The notes below the pieces were generated by a model that worked only from the letters and a program-made list of their open reading frames with translations, was not told the DNA's origin and searched no databases. This document shows positions 10,458 to 20,867 of a stretch of 64,000 bases of DNA, piece by piece. The stretch is from Vulcanimicrobiota bacterium. GTDB lineage: Bacteria; Vulcanimicrobiota; Vulcanimicrobiia; Vulcanimicrobiales; Vulcanimicrobiaceae. The stretch lies in NCBI GenBank assembly GCA_028287565.1, contig JAQBPK010000259.1, positions 3,146 through 67,145 on the forward strand, given 5' to 3'. Within the stretch, counting starts at the first letter, position 1. Each line of letters starts with the position of its first letter. Made by a program: the position numbers and the translations under genes.

Positions 10458-10877
10458 ATGTTACCGGAGCACATCCACGTGACCACTGGCGAGCACCCCG
10501 CGATGGGCGGCGACTGCCGCAAGGTGAGCAAGATCCTCGCCCGCGTGGGCGACAAGTGGAGCGTCCTCGTCGTCATGCTGCTCGGCAGCGGCGGCCCGCG
10601 TCGCTTCAACGAGATGAAACGGCTCATCGGCGGGATCTCGCAGCGGATGCTCGTCCTCACGCTGCGCGGGCTCGAGCGCGACGGCATGGTGACGCGCACG
10701 ATGTACCCGACGATCCCGCCGCGCGTGGACTACGAGCTCACGGAGCTGGGCCGTTCGCTGCGCGAGCCGGTTGTCGCGCTGGGCACGTGGGCGTACGCGC
10801 ACATGCCCGAGATCGAAGCAGCGCGCGCACGCTTCGACGACCGCGATCCCGTCGCGTCCTTTGAGAAGGCCGGCTAG
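10458..10877 (+). CDS. HxlR family winged-helix regulator
   Basis: N-terminal Cys, DKWS, RRFNE, ISQRML..TLR.LERDG, PPRVDYELT. Divergent from azoR. Confidence 0.92.
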   Translation: MLPEHIHVTTGEHPAMGGDCRKVSKILARVGDKWSVLVVMLLGSGGPRRFNEMKRLIGGISQRMLVLTLRGLERDGMVTRTMYPTIPPRVDYELTELGRSLREPVVALGTWAYAHMPEIEAARARFDDRDPVASFEKAG

Positions 10878-11226
10878 CGCGTCGCGGCGACCACGCGCGT
10901 CTTCGGTGAGTTTTTCGGCAAGGCGTGCGAACAGCTTGCTCATCGTCGGACGGAGACGCGGCATCGCGGCGGGGCGCGGCCGCTGACTGACCGCAAGAGA
11001 AGGTTCGGCGACTGCGCGGGGCGCTACCGGCCGTGGCCCACCTCCGCCCGACCTGGGGACAATCAAGGGGAGATTCTCCGTGGGCCGCTCATTTGTGCCC
11101 ACGCTTTGATCACACGGCTTCTTTGCCGGAAGCATCGAGCGGAGACTGACGCGCGGTATGCCTCCAATATGCATCTAGATATGCCCTGCGGGACGCTGCT
11201 ACGCTGGCGACTAGGAGGACAGGCTT

Positions 11227-11979
11227 GTGGAACTTGCATTCGGAGAGCGGGGCCGTGAGGTCCGTACCAAACTCAAACTCTCGCAGGAGACGGTCGAGGC
11301 CCGTACCGGGATCAGTCAGCCGCGGCTCTCCAAGATTGAGAACGGCAAGGAGGTCGCGTCGGCGGACGTGATCGACAAACTCGCTGAGGCATACGGTGTC
11401 GATCCCGTTGCCTTCGTGCGCGGCACGAACCGCGAGGCGCACTACATCGCGCAGCGGCTTCAACCGGATCAGCGCGAGGAGCACGCGCGCGTAGCGCGCC
11501 TCATGGACGCCACCGCGCTGGAGTACGCCTACCTCAGCTACACGCGCATCTGCGACCTATTCGACGCGGCGTACGGTGACGGCGTGGTGCCGGCATTTCG
11601 CGGTGAAGAGCGCTACATCGACTTGCGCGAGTTCTGCAAGAAGGCAATCGCGGCTGTCGAGAAGTTCAGACCGGGCTTCGGAAGTCTGATCCATTTCCCC
11701 GATCACCTAGAGCCCGAGGGCGACGACGACGATCAACTCATGGGCTGGGAGTTTGAGCACCCGTACCTAAAGAGATCGCTGCGCGCAATCCAGGAGGCCA
11801 TGAACCCGTACAACGATTGCTACGACGCCGAGTCGCGCGAGGCAATGGTTAAGCACTATCACCTCGATATGGTGGATGCCGAGATCGAGCAACTCAAAGC
11901 GGCGCGGCTTAAAGCGGAACGACTAATCGCGAAGCGGATCGAAATGATGTCGAAGCGTCACGGCGACGACTCGCCGTGA
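11227..11979 (+). CDS. XRE-family HTH protein with uncharacterised C-terminal domain
   Basis: LSQETVEARTGISQPRLSKIENGK HTH. AGGAGG RBS upstream. Confidence 0.8.
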   Translation: MELAFGERGREVRTKLKLSQETVEARTGISQPRLSKIENGKEVASADVIDKLAEAYGVDPVAFVRGTNREAHYIAQRLQPDQREEHARVARLMDATALEYAYLSYTRICDLFDAAYGDGVVPAFRGEERYIDLREFCKKAIAAVEKFRPGFGSLIHFPDHLEPEGDDDDQLMGWEFEHPYLKRSLRAIQEAMNPYNDCYDAESREAMVKHYHLDMVDAEIEQLKAARLKAERLIAKRIEMMSKRHGDDSP

Positions 11980-12067
11980 CGGACGACGCGAAGTCGAAGC
12001 CAACCTTCGATGAAGTGAAGGCGATGATAGATCGCCTAGGCCGTCACAGTACGTCAAGGGTAACGGT

Positions 12068-12472
12068 ATGGACGAGCAGACTCAATACCGCGGACCGATC
12101 CGCTCGATCTGGGTTGACGGACTTCTAGGCTCTCGACCCGCCGGACGCATCATCCCAAACGGCAAGCGCGTCGGCTCTTGGTGGCGCTGCGGCTGCGCGG
12201 TGCGCGGATCGGAGCCGTTCGCTGTTGTGCGTGGGTGCAGCCAACACGAGTACGCTTACGCGCACGTATCGTTCCGGAAGACACCGGAAGGCTTCCCCGG
12301 CGGCGAACGCGTCGAGGGCTTGGACCAGCTCGCAAACACAAACGCCGCTACACATCCGCGTGCCAGCTTTGTCGGACGAGCTAGCGGAGCACTCAAGGGA
12401 AACGAACCGTTAGCGATGCTGACGTGCAAAACATCTCCACAATCTTCCGTGGACAACGCGTTTTCATGTTGA
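12068..12472 (+). CDS. Hypothetical protein
   Basis: ORF only, with a Cys/His cluster (WRCGC...CSQH). No family recognised. Confidence 0.3.
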   Translation: MDEQTQYRGPIRSIWVDGLLGSRPAGRIIPNGKRVGSWWRCGCAVRGSEPFAVVRGCSQHEYAYAHVSFRKTPEGFPGGERVEGLDQLANTNAATHPRASFVGRASGALKGNEPLAMLTCKTSPQSSVDNAFSC

Positions 12473-12497
12473 TACGAACGCTTGTTCGTGCTATACT
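12469..12497 (+). promoter_or_regulatory. Sigma70-type promoter with a LexA (Cheo-box type) site in the spacer
   Basis: TTGATA-17 bp-TATACT, with CGAAC-GCTT-GTTCG (12475-12488) in the spacer. Confidence 0.75.
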
Positions 12498-12692
12498 TTT
12501 CCATAGCGATAGCTTCGCTATTTTTCGACACTAAGCGGCTCGCCCGGTGTTAGTACCACCGGTCGAGCCCGTCACCCGATGAGGTTAGCATCGAATGACC
12601 TTTTCCGAGTTCGACGCATTGACGTCGAGCCCTCGGCGCGGCTTTCCGTTGCCGAACGCCATCCGTTTCATTCATCGCCGGTGGGTGATCGC

Positions 12693-13310
12693 ATGATTGC
12701 GTCACCTACCGTGTTCCACGCCACGATCGCCGATGTAACGGACGAGCACCACCAGAACATGGCCGGCTTGGTGCAGCCGGACGACTTCAACCCCGAAGTC
12801 GTCGTGCGTTTCCTGCGCGACAACGGGATCGACGCGTGCGTCGACGAGCTGGCCGGCGGCTTCCGCTACACGGCCGCCGATCCCGAGCGCGCGTCACACG
12901 TGCGCTTCGCCTGCGTCTGCTTGCGCGCGTCCATCAGCTACGCGCTCGAAGCCGCCTTTTGGTGCATCAAAGGCGGAGCGATGATCGCGCAGCATTCGCC
13001 CTCGCCTCACCGCAAGCGTTGGAACGGCCAACGCAGATTCCCGCCGGTGGAACCGTTGTCGACGCGCGCTTTTCGGCTTCGCATCGCACTCGGCTACAGC
13101 GTCGATGAGCTCGCCGAGGATTCCGGCGTTTTCGTCGGCACGATAAAGCGCCTCGAATCCGGCAAGCCCGTCGACAAGCGCGAGCTGCCGGCGCTCGCGG
13201 CGACGCTCCGCGTGCCGCTTTGCGAGCTCCTATGCGGTGCCCACAGCTGCGCCGAACGCGCCTGCGTTCCCGCGCCGGCGCTACCGGTACCCGAGCCGCC
13301 GCCGTGCTGA
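12693..13310 (+). CDS. Hypothetical protein with C-terminal XRE HTH (possibly two genes in one frame)
   Basis: HTH LRIALGYSVDELAEDSGVFVGTIKRLESGK. An internal GGAG-ATG at 12981 suggests a second start. Confidence 0.55.
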   Translation: MIASPTVFHATIADVTDEHHQNMAGLVQPDDFNPEVVVRFLRDNGIDACVDELAGGFRYTAADPERASHVRFACVCLRASISYALEAAFWCIKGGAMIAQHSPSPHRKRWNGQRRFPPVEPLSTRAFRLRIALGYSVDELAEDSGVFVGTIKRLESGKPVDKRELPALAATLRVPLCELLCGAHSCAERACVPAPALPVPEPPPC

Positions 13311-13320
13311 CTATGGCTGC

Positions 13321-13348
13321 AGCCGCCGCCCGAAAGGTCAGGCGGCTT
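13321..13348 (+). terminator. GC-rich hairpin after the HTH gene
   Basis: AGCCGCC...GGCGGCT stem. No strong U-tract. Confidence 0.35.
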
Positions 13349-13440
13349 CATGCCGGCAGCGGCGGCCCTACCGTCTAGTGATAGTCCCAGTCGGCCGGCT
13401 TGCCGTCGATGAAGGCGACTTCCACCACCTTGATTGCATG

Positions 13441-13527
13441 TTGGCCGATCGTGGGACGTTCATTATTGGTAATTTTGCAGGCCAAAGCGACCCGTGTCTA
13501 GCGAACTTGGCCGATTTGTTGGCCGAT
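13441..13527. repeat. Three direct copies of TTGGCCGAT
   Basis: Copies at 13441, 13507 and 13519 in non-coding DNA. Confidence 0.6.
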
Positions 13528-13606
13528 CTTTTCGCCACGGACTTGCGAGGGATGCCGCGCGAATTGGTCCTCGACGGCTCGTTCATGCCTCGGCTACGCT
13601 GCCGTC

Positions 13607-14335
13607 ATGCGTGCACTGCAAACGTCTGCCGATACAAACCCCCTTGCCGTCCTAGAATTCCGGCAGTATACGCTGCGACGCGGGATGCGTGAGCCTTTCG
13701 TGCGTCTCTTCGACTCAAAGCTAGCCCAGCCCCAAATTGCGGTCGGAGCAGTCGTCTTAGGCCTGTTTCACGACTTGGACGACCCTGACCGCGTCGTATG
13801 GCTGCGGGCATTTCGTGACATGTCCACGCGGCAGCGATCCTTGGAAGCATTTTACGGCGGCCCGGTCTGGGCCGCGCATCGCGGGGATGCGAATGAGACC
13901 ATCGTTGATTCCGATAATGCGCTCTTGCTCGAGCCGTTTGGCGACTACGCGGCTCGCGCCGAGCAGCCCCTGTGGGATGCCGCGATCGTGCGGGCGGAAA
14001 TCATCTACCTCGCGTCGGCCGATCCCCTTCGCTTCGGACAAGTGTTCGAAGAGATCGTGCGTCCGCGAATTGAGCTGGCGGGAGCGGTGGTCTCCGCGGC
14101 TTTCATCTCGCTTTCGGAGCCCAATAACTTTCCTCGCCTTCCGTTGCGTGAGAATGAACGGGTTCTTGTTTGGTTTTCGCGGTTCGACGATGCGGCGGCT
14201 GAATGCCGCTTCACCGAGCGTTTGAACGCCCAGAGCGGTTGGCGCGACGACATCGGAGACGAATTCTTGCCGGCGTTCGCGCGCAAGCCGGAAATCATAC
14301 GTTTACAGCCCCTTGTGACGTATCCCGCTTCGTAA
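13607..14335 (+). CDS. NIPSNAP family protein (tandem domains)
   Basis: VLEFRQYTL..G.RE.F..LF, DLDDPDR.VWLR.F.DM, FYGGPVW, DSDNALLL. Confidence 0.85.
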   Translation: MRALQTSADTNPLAVLEFRQYTLRRGMREPFVRLFDSKLAQPQIAVGAVVLGLFHDLDDPDRVVWLRAFRDMSTRQRSLEAFYGGPVWAAHRGDANETIVDSDNALLLEPFGDYAARAEQPLWDAAIVRAEIIYLASADPLRFGQVFEEIVRPRIELAGAVVSAAFISLSEPNNFPRLPLRENERVLVWFSRFDDAAAECRFTERLNAQSGWRDDIGDEFLPAFARKPEIIRLQPLVTYPAS

Positions 14336-14478
14336 AGCGGACGGTCCGCTCCGCGTAGCGATGGCCGTTTAACCATTCTAGGACGAATCAGTCAGGTCAT
14401 CTGCCTCGGCATGGTCGCGTGCCAATTCCGTCGGCGGACGTAGAGGGATGCGAGCACGAGTCGGCATACGTTGTAGTG

Positions 14479-14892
14479 ATGAACATGCGCAACATCCTGC
14501 GGAATTTGATGAGCGCCTCGGCCGTGATCGCGATGGTCCTCGCGCTCGCGCTTCCCGCGCGCGCCGACAACATGAGTGGCACGTTTCGCATCGTGACCAG
14601 GACCGGGATACACATGATCGTCACGATCATCCAGACGAGTGACAATACTATTGAAGGCGTGTACGTCGGCGCAAACGGAGTGGCGGGCCACCTCACCGGA
14701 CGGTTCACGGGCAACACCTCGGTCGCGTACAAATGGGTGGAGCGCCAGGGCGAGAGCAGCAACGATCAGACGAAATCCGGTTGGGGGAACATGAACTTCA
14801 ATGACGCCGGAACGGGCTTGAAGACGGCGTGGGGGTACGAAGGTCAGACTCAAGCGGTGGGCTTCTGGACCGGGACGCTCATCAATCCGTAG
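14479..14892 (+). CDS. Hypothetical secreted beta-rich protein
   Basis: Signal peptide ending LPARA and a beta-strand-like mature region. Confidence 0.65.
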   Translation: MNMRNILRNLMSASAVIAMVLALALPARADNMSGTFRIVTRTGIHMIVTIIQTSDNTIEGVYVGANGVAGHLTGRFTGNTSVAYKWVERQGESSNDQTKSGWGNMNFNDAGTGLKTAWGYEGQTQAVGFWTGTLINP

Positions 14893-15712
14893 CAACGAAC
14901 TCCAGCAGGTCGGCATTGATCGTGTCGGCGTTCGTCGTCGGCATGCCGTGCGGGTAGCCTTTGTACGTCTTGAGCGTGCCGTTCTTCAACAGCTTCGCCG
15001 ATAGCGGGCCGGAATCGGCGTAGGGAACGATCTGGTCGTCGTCGCCGTGCATCACCAGCACCGGCACCGTGATCTTCTTGAGATCCTCGGTGAAATCGGT
15101 CTGTGAGAACGCGACGATGCCGTCGTAATGGGCTTTCGCGCCGCCCATCATCCCTTGGCGCCACCAGTTGTCGACAACGGCCGGCGACGGTTTCGCACCC
15201 GGCCGATTGTAGCCGTAGAACGGCCCCGCCGCCAGATCGCGGTAGAATTGCGCGCGATTCGTGGCGACCTGCGTTTGAAATCCGTCGAACACTTCTTTGG
15301 GAATGCCGCCGGGATTGGCCGGCGTCTTCACCATCAGCGGCGGCACGGCGCTGATCAGCACAGCCTTTGCCACGCGGCTGTCACCGTGCCGCGCGATGTA
15401 GTGCACCACCTCGCCGCCGCCCGTCGAGTGCCCGACGTGAACGGCGTTTCGCAGATCGAGGTGCGCCGTCAGCGTCGCCAGATCGTCGGCATAGTGGTCC
15501 ATGTCGTGGCCGTTGGCGGTCTGCGTCGATCGCCCGTGGCCGCGGCGGTCGTGCGCGATCACGCGATAGCCGCGGTTGAGGAAGAACAGCATCTGCGCGT
15601 CCCAGTCGTCCGCCGACAGCGGCCAACCGTGGCTGAACACGATCGGCTCGCCCGAGCCCCAGTCTTTGTAGTAGATGTGCGTGCCGTCTTCGGCGGTGAC
15701 ATGATCGTGCAT
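14882..15712 (-). CDS. cpo: Non-heme chloroperoxidase-type alpha/beta hydrolase
   Basis: [49 protein letters not shown]. Confidence 0.9.
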   Translation of the reverse strand: MHDHVTAEDGTHIYYKDWGSGEPIVFSHGWPLSADDWDAQMLFFLNRGYRVIAHDRRGHGRSTQTANGHDMDHYADDLATLTAHLDLRNAVHVGHSTGGGEVVHYIARHGDSRVAKAVLISAVPPLMVKTPANPGGIPKEVFDGFQTQVATNRAQFYRDLAAGPFYGYNRPGAKPSPAVVDNWWRQGMMGGAKAHYDGIVAFSQTDFTEDLKKITVPVLVMHGDDDQIVPYADSGPLSAKLLKNGTLKTYKGYPHGMPTTNADTINADLLEFVATD

Positions 15713-15735
15713 TCGGAAACACTCCTCGAATCGGG

Positions 15736-16611
15736 CTAGACGAAACGGCGAACGAACGCGAGCGCCGTGTCGGCGACTTCGCGCCAGCCGCTGTCGACGA
15801 CCAGCGCGTGGCCGCGGTTCGGCATCTCCACGATCTCCGTCACGCCTTCATTCAGCTGCTGGCGGTGGTACGACGCGTTCGCGATCGCCCACGGGACCGT
15901 GTTGTCTTTCTCGCCGTTGATGATCAGCAGCGGGCCGCGCTCCGGGTTCTTCACGTCGACCTTCGCTTCGGTCCACGGGTTCAGATTTGCCGTCGCCGCC
16001 TGAAAGAGCGGCACGCCCGACGCCGGGACGGCGTAGGTCTTGTAGAGCTCGTGCGCTTCTTCTTCGGTCACCGCGTTCGCGAAGCCGAACCGGAACTGTT
16101 CGTACGTCAGCGGCACCGCGCGGTTGCGGTTCGCCGGATTGCCGAGCACCGGCCACGCCGACTTCAGCGCCGAAAACGGCAGCGGCAGCACGCCCTGGAA
16201 CGGCGCGGGATCGATCGCCACCGTCGCCGCGGCGAGCCCGCGCCCGGACAGAATCTGCACCAGCAGTCCGCCGAAGGAGTGGCCGACGATCGCCGGCTTC
16301 TTGGTCAGTGCGCGGATGATCGCGTCGAAGTGGTCCGCAACTTGGCCGACCGTCTTGTGCGCGAACACCTCGGGGTTCGCGTTCGCTTCGTCGACCGTGT
16401 CGGGATCGTCCGGCCAGCCGGGCGTCAGCGCCGTGTAACCGGCCGCCTCGAACAGCGCGGCCCAGCGTTCCCAGCTGCTCGGCAGCAGCCAGAGGCCGTG
16501 CACGAATACGACCGGCTGCAGCCCCGTGGCGTTCGCCCTCGCGACCTCCTGCATCTCGTGCTCGGTAATCGTCGTTGCCGGGGTCGAGCTCTCGGATGGC
16601 GTGGTGAGCAT
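15736..16611 (-). CDS. Alpha/beta hydrolase
   Basis: [24 protein letters not shown]. Confidence 0.88.
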   Translation of the reverse strand: MLTTPSESSTPATTITEHEMQEVARANATGLQPVVFVHGLWLLPSSWERWAALFEAAGYTALTPGWPDDPDTVDEANANPEVFAHKTVGQVADHFDAIIRALTKKPAIVGHSFGGLLVQILSGRGLAAATVAIDPAPFQGVLPLPFSALKSAWPVLGNPANRNRAVPLTYEQFRFGFANAVTEEEAHELYKTYAVPASGVPLFQAATANLNPWTEAKVDVKNPERGPLLIINGEKDNTVPWAIANASYHRQQLNEGVTEIVEMPNRGHALVVDSGWREVADTALAFVRRFV

Positions 16612-16798
16612 GATCGTCCTTCCTGCGCCGTGCCTGCCGCGGGCGGCGTTATGGTGAGCGGCTGCGCATCATGCAGCGTACGAGGACTATGCGGCATCGG
16701 AGCGGCGGGGGATTGAAGAATCGTGCTCAATACCTGCGGCGAGCGCGCCCGACACGAAAGTCTCATAGACGTCTCCGCCCCGGCTGTGACAACCTTGG

Positions 16799-18412
16799 GT
16801 GACGCACGCGGAATTCGAGAAAGAGGGGCCGGTCGTGGACGACCAATTTCGGCTCGCTATCGATAAAATTCCCGGCCTCGTCTGGTCGAGTCTGCCGGAC
16901 GGCTACGTCGATTTTCTGAACCAGCGCTGGTGCGACTACACCGGCCTTTCGATGGACGAGGCAATGGGCTGGGGCTGGCAGGTGGCCGTGTGCGCCGAGG
17001 ATCTGCCGAGCTTGGTGGACACGTGGAAAACCGTGCTGTCCTCCGGCGAGCCCGGCGAGGCCGTCGCGCGGCTTCGGCGCTTCGACGGAACGCTGCGCTG
17101 GTTCTTGTTTCGCGCCATGCCGGTGCGCGACGAGGCCGGTGTCGTCGTCAAATGGTACGGCGAGACGACGGACATCGAGGATCAAAAGCGCGCAGAGGCA
17201 TTGCTCGCCGGCGAGAAACGGCTTCTCGAGATGATCGCGAAAGGCGAGGCGCTGCATCCGACGCTCGATGCGCTGTGCCGCCTCGTGGACGACAACGCGG
17301 ACGGAGGACACTGCGCGATCCGGCTCGTCGATTCGGCGGGACGGCGTGTGCAGCACGGTGCCGCGCCGGCGCTCCCGCCGAACGACCGGCCGGAGCAAGT
17401 CATCGTCTCCGACATCGCCTCGGACGCCCGGTTGAAAGATTCGGAATGGGCTGAGCTTGCGCTCGCGCAGGGATGGCGTGCTTGCTGGACCCAGCCGATC
17501 ATGTCGCTCGAAGGGAGGGTGCTCGGCACGTTCGGGCTCTACGCCGAGACGTCCGGAGAGCCGACGCCGCAGCAGCGCAATCTCATCGAGCAGTGCTGCC
17601 ATATCGCGAGCATCGCGGTCGAGCGCATGCACTCGGAAGATACGCTGCACCAAGTTCGAGCGGAACTCGCGCACGTGTCCCGGGCGGCATCGCTCGGAGC
17701 GCTCACCGCATCGATCGCTCACGAGATCAACCAGCCGTTGTCCGGCATCGTGACGAATGCCAGCACGTGCGTGAGGCTGCTCGACAGCGACCCGCCGAAC
17801 ATCGACGGCGCCCGGGAAACCGCCCGCCGCACCATTCGCGATGCCAATCGCGCCGCCGACGTCATCGCACGGTTGCGGGCACTCTTCCGCAAGAAAAGCG
17901 TCACCACCGAGAGCTTGGACGTCAATCAGGCCATACGCGAAGTCGTCGCTCTGTTACGGCGCGACATCGAAGCGTCGCACGTTTCGCTGCGCACCGAGCT
18001 CAGCGCAAGGCTGCGTCCGATCGCCGGCGACCGCGTGCAGATCCAGCAAGTCGTGGTGAACCTCGTTCTCAACGCGCTCGACGCGATGAGCACCAGCCGG
18101 GACGGCGCACGGCGGCTGTTCATCAAGACCGAGCCGGCCGGCGGCGATCATGTGCGCGTCGTCGTGGAAGACAGCGGCGTCGGCGTCGATCCCGCTGACG
18201 CCGAGCGCATCTTCGATCCGTTCTACACGAGCAAGCACGACGGCATGGGAATGGGCCTGTCCATTAGCCGGTCGATCATTGAAAGCCATGGCGGACGGTT
18301 GTGGGCCGAGGCGAACCGCGACAATGGAGCAACGTTCGCGTTTACGCTGCCCACGAGCGTTGCCGTCACGGCCACCGGCCCCGACGATCCCCGGGTGCCG
18401 GCGAACGCATGA
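16799..18412 (+). CDS. PAS/GAF sensor histidine kinase (NodV-like)
   Basis: PAS (FLNQRWCDYTG), shortened GAF, H-box SIAHEINQPL, N-box NLVLNALDA, DSGVG, GMGMGLSIS. Confidence 0.92.
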   Translation: MTHAEFEKEGPVVDDQFRLAIDKIPGLVWSSLPDGYVDFLNQRWCDYTGLSMDEAMGWGWQVAVCAEDLPSLVDTWKTVLSSGEPGEAVARLRRFDGTLRWFLFRAMPVRDEAGVVVKWYGETTDIEDQKRAEALLAGEKRLLEMIAKGEALHPTLDALCRLVDDNADGGHCAIRLVDSAGRRVQHGAAPALPPNDRPEQVIVSDIASDARLKDSEWAELALAQGWRACWTQPIMSLEGRVLGTFGLYAETSGEPTPQQRNLIEQCCHIASIAVERMHSEDTLHQVRAELAHVSRAASLGALTASIAHEINQPLSGIVTNASTCVRLLDSDPPNIDGARETARRTIRDANRAADVIARLRALFRKKSVTTESLDVNQAIREVVALLRRDIEASHVSLRTELSARLRPIAGDRVQIQQVVVNLVLNALDAMSTSRDGARRLFIKTEPAGGDHVRVVVEDSGVGVDPADAERIFDPFYTSKHDGMGMGLSISRSIIESHGGRLWAEANRDNGATFAFTLPTSVAVTATGPDDPRVPANA

Positions 18413-18795
18413 CCGGCTCGAGCAAACGCACCTCGCCGCTCGTGGGCGTCGTGGACGACGATGAGTCGGTCCGGGAATCGCTTCCCGACTTGCTGCGGTC
18501 GTTCGGTTTCGCGGTTGATGCGTTTGCCTCGGCGGAGGCGTTCCTCTCGTCCGAATCGCTCCCGAGAACCGATTGCCTCATCTTGGATATCGCCATGCCG
18601 GGGATGAGCGGCCCCGAGCTGCAGCACGAGCTCGCGGCGAGCGGCCATACCATTCCGATCGTCTTCATCACGGCGCATGGAGGCGAGGACGCGCGCCCGC
18701 AGCTCATCAAGGCCGGCGCCGTCGATTACCTGCTGAAGCCTTTTAGCGAGGAAGCGCTTGTGCACGCCGTTCGCCGGGCGCTCTCCGTGCCGTGA
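18409..18795 (+). CDS. Single-domain response regulator
   Basis: VVDDD, LILDIAMPGMSG, FITA, LLKPF. ATGA overlap with the kinase. Confidence 0.9.
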   Translation: MTGSSKRTSPLVGVVDDDESVRESLPDLLRSFGFAVDAFASAEAFLSSESLPRTDCLILDIAMPGMSGPELQHELAASGHTIPIVFITAHGGEDARPQLIKAGAVDYLLKPFSEEALVHAVRRALSVP

Positions 18796-19451
18796 TGCCG
18801 ACCGCCGTAGTGTTCGTCGTCGACGACGACGTGTCGGTGCGCGAATCATTGGAGCACTTGATCCGCGTGTCCGGATGGGCCGTGGAAGCGTTCGATTCGG
18901 CGCGCACATTTCTCGACCGTCCGGCAGTTGACGTACCGAGCTGCCTCATCCTCGACGTCGAGCTGCCGGGGTTGAGCGGGCTCGATCTCCAGAAGCTGCT
19001 GGTCGAGAACGGCAAGACGATGCCGATCATCTTCATCACCGGTCACGGCGACATCCCGATGAGCGTTCGAGCGATGAAAGCCGGCGCGGCGGAGTTTCTC
19101 ACCAAGCCGTTCGCCGACGGCGATCTCCTGAACGCACTGCGGCACGCGGTGGAGCGCAGCGAATTCGAGTGGTCCGCCACGCAAGAGCTGCATTCGCTGC
19201 AATCGCGCTATCAGTCGTTGACGCCCAGAGAGCGCCAGGTCATGGGCCTCGTAGTATCGGGCCTGCTCAACAAGCAGATCGGCGGCGAGCTCGGCACCAG
19301 CGAGATCACGGTGAAAGCGCACCGTGGCCAGGTCATGCGCAAGATGAACACGGAATCGCTCGCCGATTTGGTGAGGATCGCCGGACGCCTCGGCTTGCCG
19401 CTCGCGATGAAGGAGCGGCCCGAAAAACCGCGAGCGATACCATCGTCTTAA
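18792..19451 (+). CDS. FixJ/NodW-type response regulator (REC + LuxR HTH)
   Basis: VVDDD, FITGHGDIPMSVRAMKAGA, LTPRERQVM...NKQIG.ELG.SEITVKAHR. Confidence 0.92.
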   Translation: MMPTAVVFVVDDDVSVRESLEHLIRVSGWAVEAFDSARTFLDRPAVDVPSCLILDVELPGLSGLDLQKLLVENGKTMPIIFITGHGDIPMSVRAMKAGAAEFLTKPFADGDLLNALRHAVERSEFEWSATQELHSLQSRYQSLTPRERQVMGLVVSGLLNKQIGGELGTSEITVKAHRGQVMRKMNTESLADLVRIAGRLGLPLAMKERPEKPRAIPSS

Positions 19452-19467
19452 AGACTTCTCGTCCCGG

Positions 19468-19881
19468 GTGTGGTGCAATGTGGCGGGAGGGCTTCGCCAG
19501 GTGGATGCGCTGGATGACGGGACTTTTGAGCGAGTTCACGCCTATATCGAATCGAACGTGGGCGAGCAGGTTCGACTCGACGATCTCGCGCGGGTCGCGG
19601 GCGTGAGCCGTTTTCATTTCGCCAGACGGTTTCGGCGCCGTACCGGCCAGAGCCCGATCGCATATCTTCTTCGCGCGCGGATCGAGCGTGCCAAAGCGAT
19701 GCTGTTTTGCAAGGACACGAGGTTCTCCGAGGTCGCTGCTTTCCTCGGTTTTTCGGATCAGAGCCACTTCACGCGGACGTTTCGCCGCGTGGTCGGGATG
19801 TCGCCGAGCGCGTTCACAGGAACCGGCGACCGCCGAGCCGCTTCCTCGCCGATCGGGATTCCGCGCACGTCACATCGCTGA
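19468..19881 (+). CDS. Short AraC-family HTH protein
   Basis: LDDLARVAGVSRFHFARRF, GFSDQSHFTRTFRR. No effector domain. Confidence 0.85.
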   Translation: MWCNVAGGLRQVDALDDGTFERVHAYIESNVGEQVRLDDLARVAGVSRFHFARRFRRRTGQSPIAYLLRARIERAKAMLFCKDTRFSEVAAFLGFSDQSHFTRTFRRVVGMSPSAFTGTGDRRAASSPIGIPRTSHR

Positions 19882-19967
19882 TACTCGCGCAAATCGCGAG
19901 ACACGGTAAACCAAGATGATCGACCGCGCGGTGAAACCCCGGGGCGGCTGCGGCGTATCTCACGGGC

Positions 19968-20825
19968 ATGTACGCCGAACGCGAAGCGCCCGACACCGGC
20001 GACGCCGCACGCGCAGCGGAGCTGCGACGCTTCCTGCGCTCGCGCCGGGCGCGCCTTTCACCCGCCGACGTCGGACTGCCCGTCGAGGGGCATCGCCGTG
20101 CGCAGGGTTTGCGCCGTGAGGACGTCGCCGAGCTCGCGGAGATCAGCGTCGGCTGGTACGGCCAGTTCGAGTTGGGGCGCGCGCCGCACGTGTCGGTGCG
20201 CACCGTCGAGACGATCGGGCGCGTCCTTCGCCTCGACGACGCGGAGATGGCGTATCTTCTGCGCCTGAGCGGGGTAACGATGTCCGTGACCGCGCCCAGC
20301 GTCCCGGAAATTATTGCCATGGGCGCGGTCGAGCACGCGCTCCGCGCGTTCACGGGCGGTCCCGCGCACGTGATGGACCGCTATTTCAACATCATCGCGG
20401 TGAACGACGTGGCGCGCGTCCTGCTGCGCATGAACGCCGGCGACAACCTCGCGCGGCTGCTATTTTTGTCGGACCAGAGCCCGGCGCTGTTTGCGGATTG
20501 GGACACGGTCGCGGCACGTTTCGTTGCGGCGGCGCGTTTGGGATATCGCACGAAGGCCGGCGATCCCGCGTTTGAATCGCTGATCGCGGAGGTTCGCGCG
20601 CACAGCGAGCACTTCGCGAGGCTCTGGGACGCCGGCGACCTCGGGAGCCCGTTCGGGCAAATCGTGCGCGTGTGCCCGCCCGGCTCCGACGTGATCACGC
20701 TGACGTGGGTCGTTTTTCCGTTGCCGGATACCGCGGAGCACGTGCTCGTGATCTCGCCGGCCGTCGACGACGTGAGCACGCGCCGCATCGCCGCGCTGAT
20801 GGAGCAGGCCGCTAATGCACACTGA
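19968..20825 (+). CDS. XRE/MmyB-like regulator
   Basis: FLRSRRARLSPADVGL...GLRREDVAELA.IS..WY..E.GR, plus a PAS-like MmyB ligand domain. Confidence 0.9.
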   Translation: MYAEREAPDTGDAARAAELRRFLRSRRARLSPADVGLPVEGHRRAQGLRREDVAELAEISVGWYGQFELGRAPHVSVRTVETIGRVLRLDDAEMAYLLRLSGVTMSVTAPSVPEIIAMGAVEHALRAFTGGPAHVMDRYFNIIAVNDVARVLLRMNAGDNLARLLFLSDQSPALFADWDTVAARFVAAARLGYRTKAGDPAFESLIAEVRAHSEHFARLWDAGDLGSPFGQIVRVCPPGSDVITLTWVVFPLPDTAEHVLVISPAVDDVSTRRIAALMEQAANAH

Positions 20826-20867
20826 CACTGTCTTCGTTGTATACGGCGCGGCGCGTACGATGCGTGC

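Noticed and set aside
14882-19881. Hydrolase/chloroperoxidase plus two-component plus AraC block as novel
   Set aside because: These are ordinary, widespread families in a familiar arrangement.
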